From Paramoeba atlantica (lineage: Eukaryota; Protista; Discosea), in assembly GCA_977017575.1 (NCBI GenBank), contig CDRNVI010000003.1:186001-250000 (forward strand): a stretch of DNA of 64,000 nucleotides, in the 5' to 3' direction. How positions within the stretch are numbered: position 1 is the stretch's first letter; the number at the start of each line of letters is the position of its first letter. The position numbers and the translations under genes were made by a program. The notes beneath the pieces were generated by a model that was given only the letters and a program-made list of their open reading frames with translations, was not told the DNA's origin and made no database searches. Below, piece after piece: positions 1 through 10,582 of this stretch.

Positions 1-441
1 CGTAAGAAAACTCTCCGGGCTCTGGGAGTGGTACGTCCCTCCGTGGCCGACTGCTCCACAGGGGGCACGCACGGTAAGCCCCCCACAATCAAACATCCCC
101 CCACTACGGTAGCGGTACTTTGCCGCCTCATTCGCGAGTTGATCCAACCCGGGGTAGAGGTAATCCGCGAACTGAATCTCCGCAATCGCCTCCCACCCGT
201 TGGAGGCAAGACCGATGGCAAACCCCATGATGCCTTGCTCCGTGTCGGGGGTGTTGAACACACGACCCTTGCCGTATTTGGACTGTAGCCCGAGGGAACA
301 GCGAAACACCCCGCCAAAGGCAACGTCCTCCCCGAAGAAAAAGGTTTTCGGAGACGACCCGAGTGCGCAGTCCAGCGCGCTGTTGATGGCTTGTGCCATG
401 TTCATCTCGATTTTTTGGCGCCACGGGGGAAGGAGACGCAT
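1..441 (-). CDS. BCKDHB: 2-oxoisovalerate (branched-chain 2-oxoacid) dehydrogenase E1 beta subunit, 3' end runs off the window
   Basis: Hand translation from ATG at 441: [121 protein letters not shown]. The frame is open further upstream, so the true start may be earlier. Confidence 0.93.
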   Translation of the reverse strand, partial: MRLLPPWRQKIEMNMAQAINSALDCALGSSPKTFFFGEDVAFGGVFRCSLGLQSKYGKGRVFNTPDTEQGIMGFAIGLASNGWEAIAEIQFADYLYPGLDQLANEAAKYRYRSGGMFDCGGLTVRAPCGAVGHGGTYHSQSPESFLT

Positions 442-1216
442 GGTAGAGACTCCGCAGTGTGCTGCTCGTGTTAGCGGATACGTGGTAGGCCGTGGGGGGT
501 TTAGTGAGGAGGTTAAAACATCAATTTGAATGGGTACATGGCAAATTTTTGTGGATACTTCGTAACGGAATAGTAAAAGAAGGTTTCACTGGAGAGATGG
601 ACAGCATTGCGAATTTCTCATAGGGGGTAACAAGGATAGAGAAAAGTGAGTCTAATATGTTTGTTTCTCAAAAAAAGGTTAATCATTGCTTCTGTCAATT
701 TGTGCATTTTATTTTTTCCCCACCGAGAGTTCATTTCTTTTAGTTAGAACTCGGATAGAAAAGCTACTTTTAGACAGATATTCTGTGTATACAAATCTAC
801 AATATGAACACGGCTATTATTTTTACGGAAAATGAAAAAGAAAGTGCTATTCTACTGTGTAAGTGTGATACAAGAGGTAAAATTTATATTATTGTAGCGC
901 TATTAGATTTCTCTCTTGGACCGAACGATAAATGTTCTTTGCTTACGAAGAGAGGAGTTCTAGCAATTTGTTTATATCATATTTCAAAAAATAACTGCGC
1001 CTGCAACTTTTGATCACTATCCAGTTAAAAAACTGGATTACACGACTTACTTTGTACAGTGAGACTAAAATTGAATAACCACAATACCATCATAATATTT
1101 TTCTTTCGTCAGTTTTGTAAATATCACCAGTAAAAGAAACTAGTAAGATTGACGGTAAAGCATTCTTATTTCCTACGTAGACTAATTTTAACAATTCAAC
1201 TAAAAGGAAGCCATTT

Positions 1217-1645
1217 CTAAAGTTTACCATTAAGAAGGTACATCATAAGAGCGGTCCCAGCATAGGTCATCACTGCGTAGTACCCTTGGTTAATCGCAAT
1301 CAGACGCCATGGCCTGTGCTCCCACACACATCCTCCCGCTGACGTCAATGAGAACCCGACATGCATCATTGTCACGGTTATTAAGGCCTGCTGGTTGAGT
1401 CCCCCACGAAGCAGTCTCAGGGAGTTCAGGACATGGTGGACCGTCGCGATTCGAAGTGCATTCAAGAACGTGCCAACCACAAAACTGAATGGAATCGGGT
1501 ACTGGTTTGCCCAACGCTCAAAGCGGCGTGCCTTGTCAGAATTCATCAAGGAAACCCACTGCCGGTTAAAGATAGGGCCATACCAGAGAGCGCCAAGTGC
1601 GGTCATAGCAAATCCGCACAATGCAAAGACGAGGTACAGATGCAT
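1217..1645 (-). CDS. DUF1761-family small membrane protein (copy 1)
   Basis: 142 aa, hydrophobic; LGALWYGPIFNRQW N-terminal motif and WEHRPWRLIAINQGY C-terminal motif. Confidence 0.75.
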   Translation of the reverse strand: MHLYLVFALCGFAMTALGALWYGPIFNRQWVSLMNSDKARRFERWANQYPIPFSFVVGTFLNALRIATVHHVLNSLRLLRGGLNQQALITVTMMHVGFSLTSAGGCVWEHRPWRLIAINQGYYAVMTYAGTALMMYLLNGKL

Positions 1646-2155
1646 GTCGTTTGGTTAAAACTGTGAAGAAAGAATACAAAGACGAAATACTCCGAAAATA
1701 TGATAGGGAAAATATTTGTTTTTGTTGATAAGATACGCTGTCCTTTTCGATGTAATAAAAAAAGAGAATACCATTCATAGGCACGAGCCTTATGGACTAT
1801 TTCGCTTTCATATTAGAGATGTGACACATTTAATTGTTGAATATACTAAATCACACCTCACCTACTATATTGCACTATTTTGTGTCCTAAAACTTGACCA
1901 GCACTACGTTACTATCCTTACGAAGAAATACTGTACATCATTGCTAAAGAAACAATGAGATACCCTTTTGTCACTTTTCTTCAGCCAAATTATTAGTTTT
2001 TCTGACAATACCTATTTAAACTGAATTAGCTTCTTTTATACTATTTTCCGTCACATCTTTAATAACCATAGAAAGTATGCTAAAATCTTACGAAAAAAAT
2101 ACTATTTGAACCCTACTAACTCAACCCTATACTACAAACCCACACACTTTTTCTT

Positions 2156-2584
2156 TTACAACTTTAAATGGACTAGGTACAACAGAGCCGCCGTGCCCGC
2201 ATACGTCATCGCGATCATCCCTGCCTGGGAGATAACCACAAGACGCCACGGGCGGTGTTCCCAGAGCGATTGAGCCGCCAGGGTGAGAGACATCCCGACG
2301 TGCAGAGTAGTCACGGCCAGAAACGCCTCCTGGGTGAGACCCGGGCGAAGAAGCTTCAGCGATCCCAGGAGCTGGTGGATCACCGCAATGCGAACGGCGT
2401 TGGAGAACGTGCTGCACAGAAATCCGGTGCAAAAGGAGTACTGGGTAGCCCAGCGATCGAAGCGCCGTGACTTGTCAACGGCCATTTGGGAGATCCAAGC
2501 GGGACCGAACACAGGGCCGAACCACAACGCCCCGACCAGATTCATCGCCAGGGCGCAAAGACCGTAGATGAAGTAGGTGTGCAT
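2156..2584 (-). CDS. DUF1761-family small membrane protein (copy 2, tandem paralogue)
   Basis: Start at MHTYFIYG (ATG 2584) gives 142 aa, same length as copy 1; VGALWFGPVFGPAW and WEHRPWRLVVISQAG motifs. Confidence 0.75.
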   Translation of the reverse strand: MHTYFIYGLCALAMNLVGALWFGPVFGPAWISQMAVDKSRRFDRWATQYSFCTGFLCSTFSNAVRIAVIHQLLGSLKLLRPGLTQEAFLAVTTLHVGMSLTLAAQSLWEHRPWRLVVISQAGMIAMTYAGTAALLYLVHLKL

Positions 2585-2798
2585 AGAAGTGTTAATAGGT
2601 AGTAAAGGATTTAGGTAGGAGAAAAGGAGAAAAAGTCTATGTGAGAAGAAAAATAAACGAATTGCATGGGTCTCTATTAAGAAGATTCGCTTCCACAAGT
2701 AGCTGCAAAACTGTGAAATCAGGAATCTACACATTAATTATTTTCCAAAAATGTACTACACATGTTCAATGTTTCAGCTATTTTTAGATTCCCATACC

Positions 2799-4022
2799 TT
2801 ACACACTGAAGAGCTGGCCAATGTGTGCCGTAGAGAAGCTTGGAGCTACTGCGTTTGAATTGCTTTGTCCCGGTTCTGGAGAATTCCGAACTTGAATAAC
2901 AATTGGCCCTCCTAGGGTACTAGGAAGACTCAACATTGTGTTTGTATTTGTTTGAGAAGTAATGTCATCACTTTTTGTGGGTGTCTGCATAACTTCAGAT
3001 GGATATGTAGAATTTAAAGGCAAGGCTGCATGAGCATGTGTAAGAGAAGAAAAAGATGGCTCATCCAGTTCGATCGCCTTCGCTTGAGTACTTTGTAAAA
3101 AATGATATTGATTTGAAGACGGTCTATCTTCGTCTAATGCCATGTAATGTGTGTTTAAACTGCTTAAAGATTTTTTTTCTTGCTGTTCCTGATTTCTTTT
3201 TGGTACGTTCAATCTTGAATGATGAGAAGCCGGCGTTGCTTTAGATTCACTCGAAGATGTTTTCTGATGTTTGTTGATCATTTTTCGCAGAGAATTTGGT
3301 ACCCGAGTATTTGAATTGTTGAGAGAATGGATAAGCTGATCTACCACTAAATTCACTGCCACAGAACTGTGCGATGCGTTGTCTTTCTTTTTGTTCCCCT
3401 TTTGAGACGTGAATTCTTTGTGTTTACCTTGCTTGTTATGGTGTGTTTCCGAGTGCAATAACGACGAAGAAGGGTTTATCTTTTGCTTCTTCTTTCGCTC
3501 CATGCTTTGTAGGTAGGATGATTGAGGCAAAGGAGGAAGATTCTGTACCTCTTTCGCCTTTGCACGGTGGATCCTTTGTAGCAAAGGGGAGCGCCAACCC
3601 CCGCGATTTTGGTTTAAAAACACACAACTAATATCTCGAGCTCCCTCCAGGCGAGGGGCGATCTCTTCAAACCCCTTCGAGGCTCCAAGAACGGTAAAAG
3701 GTATTTCCATGGGAATGATCTCGTGGACTTGCCCGATGGTCATACTAAGAGCGAGTGCGGTGGCATCCTCTCGTGGAGTCGGGGAGCTATCGATCTCCAC
3801 TGCCTGTGACGCCAGCAGAGTGTAAAATGTTAGACGCCCCAAAGCTTGAAAGAGCGAAGTCCTACCGCAAAAAGCCCACACAAACACTCCTGGGGGGACC
3901 AGGGGATATTTGGCATTGTGAAGGTCGTCACAACACAGAAAGAATTCTGGCACAGCAGTCAGATCAACGAAAAGTAGTTGATCAAATCCTGGTCGAATGA
4001 GAGAAAGATCCCAGGAAGACAT
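2799..4022 (-). CDS. Hypothetical protein with low-complexity Ser/Lys-rich C-terminal half
   Basis: 407-aa ORF on the coding strand; no family recognised. Confidence 0.6.
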   Translation of the reverse strand: MSSWDLSLIRPGFDQLLFVDLTAVPEFFLCCDDLHNAKYPLVPPGVFVWAFCGRTSLFQALGRLTFYTLLASQAVEIDSSPTPREDATALALSMTIGQVHEIIPMEIPFTVLGASKGFEEIAPRLEGARDISCVFLNQNRGGWRSPLLQRIHRAKAKEVQNLPPLPQSSYLQSMERKKKQKINPSSSLLHSETHHNKQGKHKEFTSQKGNKKKDNASHSSVAVNLVVDQLIHSLNNSNTRVPNSLRKMINKHQKTSSSESKATPASHHSRLNVPKRNQEQQEKKSLSSLNTHYMALDEDRPSSNQYHFLQSTQAKAIELDEPSFSSLTHAHAALPLNSTYPSEVMQTPTKSDDITSQTNTNTMLSLPSTLGGPIVIQVRNSPEPGQSNSNAVAPSFSTAHIGQLFSV

Positions 4023-5382
4023 TTATTAAAAAAAAGTATGTTTGGTTGTCACAGGAGCTATCTCAAGTCACATTATTTGCAATATGCGTGCAAAATTCCA
4101 GTGCTTGTAATAAAGTATGTAACTCAGTAACTTTCAGTTTTTTAGAAATCTAGTATTTCTAGGAAATTTCTAGGCTCTTTCCACGCTTCTTACCCTGTTT
4201 ACGCTACTTACGCACTTAGAAGAGGAAGCGGAATGATTGGATCAAAAAAAAATAGCCTTCCTTCAAAATCATAACAAAATACAAGACGTTTCAGTGCGGT
4301 CTGTGTAAGCGTTTAAAACCTATTGCCAATGAAATCCCGCTTTTCTTTGCAGACAAGTCTACAAATCCGTTGCCTTCGTGATTACCTGTGTAGTCCAATT
4401 GAGCCGAAAGAGTCTTATGACGTCGACCGCTAGCGATGAATTTTCTCGTATTCTGTCAAAGCAAAATCTACCAAGGTGTTGAGCGACAAAGAATTTGTGT
4501 TCTTCAGCTATACAGGTTGTTCTTCAGCCATTCAATCACCATTTTAAGCAAAAGTCAGTGCATAATGCGAAGGTGTGCCAAGGCTAAGGTATCCGAGACA
4601 AAAGTACATATGTTACTAAAAATACGTATGTTACTCAGCATTACCGTAGAGGAGAGTTATCAGTCTCAGCTCAAAAACAATGTTGGGAGTCGTAAAGACC
4701 ACAGTACATCGTTAGCCACGTTTCCGATCGTAAACCACTAAGGCAATGCCATACCGTCATCGTGGTGCTCATAAAAAAGAGGACATCACGAAGCATGATT
4801 AGGCTTTGAATGAATGACTTCGGATGCATTCTCTGTGTTACAGTTATTCGACGCATAAGCGATTCTTGCTTGAATCACACGCTTCGCTACCGTGCGCGTA
4901 ATTTCGTTCTCCGAAAGACCTATCAGAAATAAACAGTCGGAAACATATTCTTCAGCCATTTCGGAATGTATGAAGTGTAAGATTAGTAAGAGAAAAACTA
5001 ATCATTTTTACCATACTTCACATGACTTGTATGTGTAGAATTATACAAAAAGACGAGGTCGACACACATTCATTTAAAAAGAATACAACCAAAAGGTACG
5101 CACAAAACGAGTTCCTTGTTAAGCGATTCAGCGAGCAAAAAAGCACATGTTTTCTGTAGTAACAAAAAACAATAAAACAATGTGTTAAAATGTTATTCAA
5201 GAACAGGGAACGAAAATAGAGCAAATACAGCAATTAGGAATTTTTGGGCACCAAGCAAACAAGGAATTAAGAAATTTTGAACAAGAGATTGTTAACTATA
5301 ACACTCTACAGTTGCAGATACCCCAGCCTCGATGTTTTACAAATTCCGGAAATCACAAGCGTGTAAACATTGAGGAATCAAA

Positions 5383-6003
5383 TCAGAGTTCATCGTGCTC
5401 TGGGGATTTCATCCATTCGTACATAGGATTCGTGTTTTCTATGCCGACATTCGTCATCCAGGGAGTAAATATCTTTTCGTACCTTGTCCGCATTTCATTC
5501 AATTTCACCTCCTCGCCTTTGTTTCTTACGAAATTAACCAGAGCAAGCAGATGCTTGCGACCGATAGTATAGTAAGGTGACTTGAGAGAAGTTTTTAGAA
5601 TATCTTTGGCTGTCTTTTTGAGCTTCGTAGCGGTTGACCTTCCGTGTTGCATAAAACAATCGCTCACGACATCCTTTATCTTCGCAATACTACTTTCATC
5701 AAGATTCATTTCCTGCGCCGTTTCAGAGGCAAACTGAGACCATACGTCCCACAAAGGCTCGGTGGGCAGTGATCCGGTGTAGCCCATTTGTGCAGCTTTG
5801 GAGGCACTAATTTTCTTATCCTTCACACGAATGGCAGCCTCAATCCAATCCGATTTTTCTGCACAACCATTGCAATTCTCATCGCGATCACTCAGAAATG
5901 ATTTAAGCTCTTTCATTTTCATTTTCCGTATTTGCTCCTCGGGGACAGCGCATACGAGTGCAGCTGGGAGCAAAACGCAAATGAGAAATGTACAAAAACG
6001 CAT
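5383..6003 (-). CDS. Signal-peptide protein with ARMET/MANF C-terminal (SAP-like) motif
   Basis: MRFCTFLICVLLPAALVCA signal-like leader, then KMKMKELKSFLSDRDENCNGCAEKSDWI (CxxC-x-EK motif). Confidence 0.7.
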   Translation of the reverse strand: MRFCTFLICVLLPAALVCAVPEEQIRKMKMKELKSFLSDRDENCNGCAEKSDWIEAAIRVKDKKISASKAAQMGYTGSLPTEPLWDVWSQFASETAQEMNLDESSIAKIKDVVSDCFMQHGRSTATKLKKTAKDILKTSLKSPYYTIGRKHLLALVNFVRNKGEEVKLNEMRTRYEKIFTPWMTNVGIENTNPMYEWMKSPEHDEL

Positions 6004-6451
6004 GAGATTAAGTAGGAACGTTTGTACGCACCTGAAGCCTAGTAATCTAACAATGTAAAATAAAGGAGCGAAATTATTGAACTGCAAAAATCATGTGCGT
6101 ACACTGGCAATTTAAGAACTTACTGAAATTATTCTATTGTAACAAATTTTAGTAGAACGCCATTACTCACCTTTTTGATTCGAATGTTCTGCAGTGATGC
6201 TAATTGAATAAAACAAAGACAAGCATAGCCCAGTCTAAAAAGCAAAAAAAACATGCGGCGGTTATTTATGAGCTAAATCAGCCAAACTCGAAGCTTGTGA
6301 AGAAAAGGCGTGTGAAAAACATATAAACTTACAAAGAACGAGAAATAGGATTGATCTTTGGAGTGATAGTACTAGTTACTGACATTGGCGTCCTACACGG
6401 AAGCCGCCGTAAACCAGAATGTGTGAAATAACTCGAAGAATGGGCTCTTAC

Positions 6452-7285
6452 TCATTCGTCACATAGGTCATCCCTGTTTTTCTTTGTCATGTTGAGGCTC
6501 TCCGCACGACCTTTCCGCTGTCTCCTATCCAAGTTCATATCGCACCCTTGCTTTAGTATTTCCAAATCTTTCTTAGCTTCGTATCGCATCCGTGCGCGCT
6601 TGGACAGATCGTTTGGATCAAGACCATGTTTTTTAAACACGGCTAAGAGTTGCCTACGAAACTCTGTGTCGTCCTCTGTGTACGGAGGACATTGCATGTG
6701 TAGTGACTTAAGAAATTTCTTAAGTTCCACAGTTGAAACACAAGTAGTGTCCTGCATCTTCTTTTGCTTCTTTTGCTGTCGCTCTGCAGGAGGACGCAGA
6801 AGGTCTTCGTTCGAAGTGGTGCTAGGATAATCCGACAAATCACTTTCTGTCTCAGAGGAGGCACTATTGCTTCCATTGTTGGAGGAATCATCGCTATCAC
6901 TATTTGAGGAGGCTTCCGAGGTGCTGTGTGAGCCCTCGGATTCCACAGAAGAACTATCCAAGTCACTTTCAGATTCACTGGACGACGCTACATTCCTGTT
7001 TTTTAGATCTGAGTGTTTTGATGTCCCACGTGACGAGTGCAGTGCTTTGACCCGAATTGGCTGTTCGTTTTTTTGACTCGAAACCTGAGTTGCGCCCCCG
7101 ACGTTGTCTAGCGAGTTCAAAAGTTCCTGGGCTTGTGCAGAAACCGATGCCCAATCAGTAGTGTGAGGGAATCGATCACCGTGTTTTTTTCGAATTGCCT
7201 CAATGCAAGCTGCCCCGCTGATTTTGCGATTCGGGGGTTTGCGAGAATGCATCAGTCGAAGCAGACGATCTATTTCGGAATCCAT
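6452..7285 (-). CDS. Acidic Ser-rich nuclear protein, possibly HIRIP3/CHZ-like histone chaperone
   Basis: Likely start MDSEIDRLL; central S/E/D tract; C-terminal QLLAVFKKHGLDPNDLSKRARMRYEAKKDLEILK..RRQRKGR resembles the HIRIP3 C-terminus. Confidence 0.5.
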   Translation of the reverse strand: MDSEIDRLLRLMHSRKPPNRKISGAACIEAIRKKHGDRFPHTTDWASVSAQAQELLNSLDNVGGATQVSSQKNEQPIRVKALHSSRGTSKHSDLKNRNVASSSESESDLDSSSVESEGSHSTSEASSNSDSDDSSNNGSNSASSETESDLSDYPSTTSNEDLLRPPAERQQKKQKKMQDTTCVSTVELKKFLKSLHMQCPPYTEDDTEFRRQLLAVFKKHGLDPNDLSKRARMRYEAKKDLEILKQGCDMNLDRRQRKGRAESLNMTKKNRDDLCDE

Positions 7286-7410
7286 GAAAAAAGAAAGAAA
7301 AAAGTAACGAATGGCTTGTTTCTTTCCTGTTTTGTCATACTTTCCTTCCGTACCCGTGATGAATAAGCGACAAATTATACGATGTAAAGACGCCAAAGAA
7401 AGTAAACTAA

Positions 7411-9456
7411 TTATTCTGTACCCACAATCACTTTAAATATTAAATTGTAGCCAAGTGCAACAACCGTGCCAGTGAGTAACACAACCAATTGAGCAATTCC
7501 GAAATCAGGAGTTGGACAGGACATTGACAAAGGAACTCCTACCTGTACAATCTGCGGTGTCTCATACCTTTCAGAGAATAATCTTTCCGTGTCCTTGCGT
7601 GTGAGATTCGTATCCACAACACTAATTTGTTTCTGTAATAGTAGTATGGGTGAAGGAATGAGATGGATACGTTCGGCGTCAGGTGGGTACTCGCTTGAGG
7701 AAAGAAAAACAGATGAAGCCTGAAAGTTCACATAAAAACCGTAGGGTGCAGAACCATTAGTACTAATATTTTTCACCCAAAAATTTTGATCATGCAAGGA
7801 ATCATTCTTCATTCGGGTACGCGACGCTTTACGGAAAGCAGTTTCAAAATTTACTGATCCCAATGTTCCAGACGAGAACTTCAAGATGCAGGAATACTCA
7901 TTTTCAGTAGCGTCCTCAGATTTATCGGTGTGCTCTGAGATATCTTCTACTTCGCAGGACACAGATCGCTGTTGGGACGCTATGATACCACATTGTGCTG
8001 TGTGCGTGAATGAGCGCAAAAGAGCATCTGGAACAAGCAAAAGAAGTCGCAACATGTCGCAAATGTCATCCTCTAATTTCTCTCTGAACCACTGTGGAAA
8101 CTGAACTCGAACTTGAATTTGGTAGCCTTCTAAAGCATTGCCAAGGACACAACTGACTATTTCCCATTCACTATTTAAGTTGGTACTCATATCGTAAATT
8201 TCTGAAAGATTTTCTGCTTTTATTGGCAGAGACAAGTTGACTCGGTGATCAACGATAAAATTGATAGGAGAGTTGATGATCTGTGCAGACGAACTGGAGC
8301 CATCATCCATGTGAGATTCATAATGCCCAATATCGGGATAATCGCGTAGAACTAAGGACTTATCGCAGATTGGGCAAGGAGTTAGCCTAAGCGAATCGTA
8401 AGGAGCAAACGAACGTGGAAAATCTAATGCTTTGTTTCCGGAATGTTGTCTATCTACATTTAATTTGCGTATTACATCTGCATTTGTAGTCATAAATTCG
8501 AATTCCCATTTAACAGCTAGTGTGTGATCCGTTAGCAAGGAGAAACGAAGTCCGAAAGCGTGATACGAAGAAGAAATAAGTGCGTTTTTCGCAAGCCCCG
8601 GAGATGCTACGCCCAATTCACCACGACAAGGCAACGTTTCGGCCCATCGGAGAAGACTCTCAAGGCAGACATCTTCGTAAGGAAGTGTACCAAACCTTGA
8701 TCTGAAAAGACCTTTTTTGTCATTGATGGAGCCAAAAAACTGGTTTTCTGAGTCTACTGTGGCACCAAAAAATGATTCGCGTGTTGCCAACTCATTTTCG
8801 GGTGCTAAGTGAAACAAATTCGTAGAGAAGAGATTGCCGATATAGCGGGTAGTTTCGTCCCAAAAATGTTCAAAATTATACGGCTTGTGAGAGTCATCAA
8901 GATCCTCCACTGGTACCAGTTGGCATAAAAATAAAGAGACGCCACTTGGATAGCGCAATTGTCTTGCAAATCGTTTGGTGCAATTTCCTATAGAACGCAA
9001 GAGATTCCATTTAGAAAGCCATCGACCTCTCGACCACATTACATGTCCGCTGCAAATAGACTCTGTATGAGAATTGGAGATAGAAATTCCATTACACGGC
9101 CCGTCCTGAGATTGTAAAAATCGTATCCATTGCCGTAACTTGTATGGGAGCAGAAGGTGCTCATGGGAAGGTGAAGTTGATGGGCGTGCTCCATGAATAG
9201 AACTCGTGTTGAGAGTGATCGACACTGACCCGGAAATATGAGAATCACCTAATATGCTATGTCGCACATGTATTGTTTCGCATGCAAAGCAGTTCCTTGG
9301 AGTAGGATAACTAAAGTTCGAAAGATCATTATGATTCTTATGTAGAGGGTCAGTTACACTATCACACAAAGTCAAAAAGCCAAAATAGAGCAGCCTGACA
9401 TACATTGGAAACCTTTTTCGGATACACTTCCTCGGATATTCGTCTTTGACGTTCAA
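7411..9456 (-). CDS. GPI16: GPI transamidase subunit GPI16/PIG-T
   Basis: FGTLPYEDVCLESLLRWAETLPCRGELG, EYPPDAER, and PTPDF followed by a C-terminal TM segment; probable start MYVRLL at 9405. Confidence 0.85.
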   Translation of the reverse strand: MNVKDEYPRKCIRKRFPMYVRLLYFGFLTLCDSVTDPLHKNHNDLSNFSYPTPRNCFACETIHVRHSILGDSHISGSVSITLNTSSIHGARPSTSPSHEHLLLPYKLRQWIRFLQSQDGPCNGISISNSHTESICSGHVMWSRGRWLSKWNLLRSIGNCTKRFARQLRYPSGVSLFLCQLVPVEDLDDSHKPYNFEHFWDETTRYIGNLFSTNLFHLAPENELATRESFFGATVDSENQFFGSINDKKGLFRSRFGTLPYEDVCLESLLRWAETLPCRGELGVASPGLAKNALISSSYHAFGLRFSLLTDHTLAVKWEFEFMTTNADVIRKLNVDRQHSGNKALDFPRSFAPYDSLRLTPCPICDKSLVLRDYPDIGHYESHMDDGSSSSAQIINSPINFIVDHRVNLSLPIKAENLSEIYDMSTNLNSEWEIVSCVLGNALEGYQIQVRVQFPQWFREKLEDDICDMLRLLLLVPDALLRSFTHTAQCGIIASQQRSVSCEVEDISEHTDKSEDATENEYSCILKFSSGTLGSVNFETAFRKASRTRMKNDSLHDQNFWVKNISTNGSAPYGFYVNFQASSVFLSSSEYPPDAERIHLIPSPILLLQKQISVVDTNLTRKDTERLFSERYETPQIVQVGVPLSMSCPTPDFGIAQLVVLLTGTVVALGYNLIFKVIVGTE

Positions 9457-9715
9457 TAATCATGGAATCCTTTCTTTTGCAAAAACCAGGTCATCAATCT
9501 CTAGAAATCTTAATTTGCAAAAAGAAGGCTCGATAATAAAGTTCCTCCTTCGGAGAGAAGTAAAAAAACAGGAAACGAAGCGCTGTCTCTGAAAAAAATC
9601 CCTTAGTTTCATATCTGAATTAAGATCATTTCCCTTGGAACAAAAGGAAACGTGGGGGGTGACAGAAAGTAAATGGGTATCATATGGAAGGAGACAGTAA
9701 AAAATAGACCCCCAG

Positions 9716-10447
9716 TTATAAAAAATCTGGCAAATCCAGTTCCTCCAAACCGGGTAGCACGTCTGGAAGAGGTTCATTGAGTGTTGCATTATAAAGTTGT
9801 TCGATCATTTCCACATCAGTATATTCCTCAACGAACAGAACGGTTGCCGGAATATTTTCCCATGAATTTGGCGTAAGATTGTTTCCATACAAGTGAATCA
9901 CAGCAGTACTTTGTTGCATTTCCTCGAGGCTTAATACACCTTCAAAATTATTGTAAGACAAGTCCAAGGAAACCAGTGTCGAAGGAAGAAAAGATGATTT
10001 TAGTACACCATAAAAGTGGTTATAGGACGCAAAGAAACCTTCTAAAAGCGGGGGAAGTAGAGAAAGTGCAAGAGCGCCTCCCATCTCATTACGCCGCACG
10101 TCCAAATACCGAAGATTTCGTGGCAAGGAGACCACTTCTAAAGAGCCTTGTATGATATTTACATTTCTCTGGGCAATATTTCCAAGGTTAATGCTGAGTA
10201 AAGTGTGGGGCAAGTGTTTCCAGCCGGGAGTGCCACGGAGAGAGAGGTTAGACCAGCCCAGGGAGGTGACTTCTCCGTTGGAGTCACAAGTTACACCGTG
10301 CCAATCCGAAATGCTAACTCGATCACTCCACGAAGGTTCCTGGTGAGTGATATTTTCCAAAAAGAGGGCAAGAGCATATACTGGAGGAAGGATGGTATGG
10401 TGCAACTTGTGCGGAACAACAGAGTCTGAAGTAGCGAAACAAGTCAT
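9716..10447 (-). CDS. Leucine-rich repeat protein
   Basis: WHGVTCDSNGEVTSLGW cap, then LPxxLxxLxLxxN repeats. Confidence 0.85.
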   Translation of the reverse strand: MTCFATSDSVVPHKLHHTILPPVYALALFLENITHQEPSWSDRVSISDWHGVTCDSNGEVTSLGWSNLSLRGTPGWKHLPHTLLSINLGNIAQRNVNIIQGSLEVVSLPRNLRYLDVRRNEMGGALALSLLPPLLEGFFASYNHFYGVLKSSFLPSTLVSLDLSYNNFEGVLSLEEMQQSTAVIHLYGNNLTPNSWENIPATVLFVEEYTDVEMIEQLYNATLNEPLPDVLPGLEELDLPDFL

Positions 10448-10582
10448 TTACAAAAAGGTTAAGAAGTGAAATTAAGGACGGTCTTGGAGGTCGTGCACAT
10501 TTGTATGAACAAAAGGTATGCGCAAGAAAAACTAATTTACGTGTCAAGCGCAGTTTCTACGAAAGCAAGTATTGACAACTTC

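Noticed and set aside
4260-4930. Decayed gene or transposase between 2799..4022 and 5383..6003
   Set aside because: Coding-like texture, but all frames are broken and no motif could be recognised.
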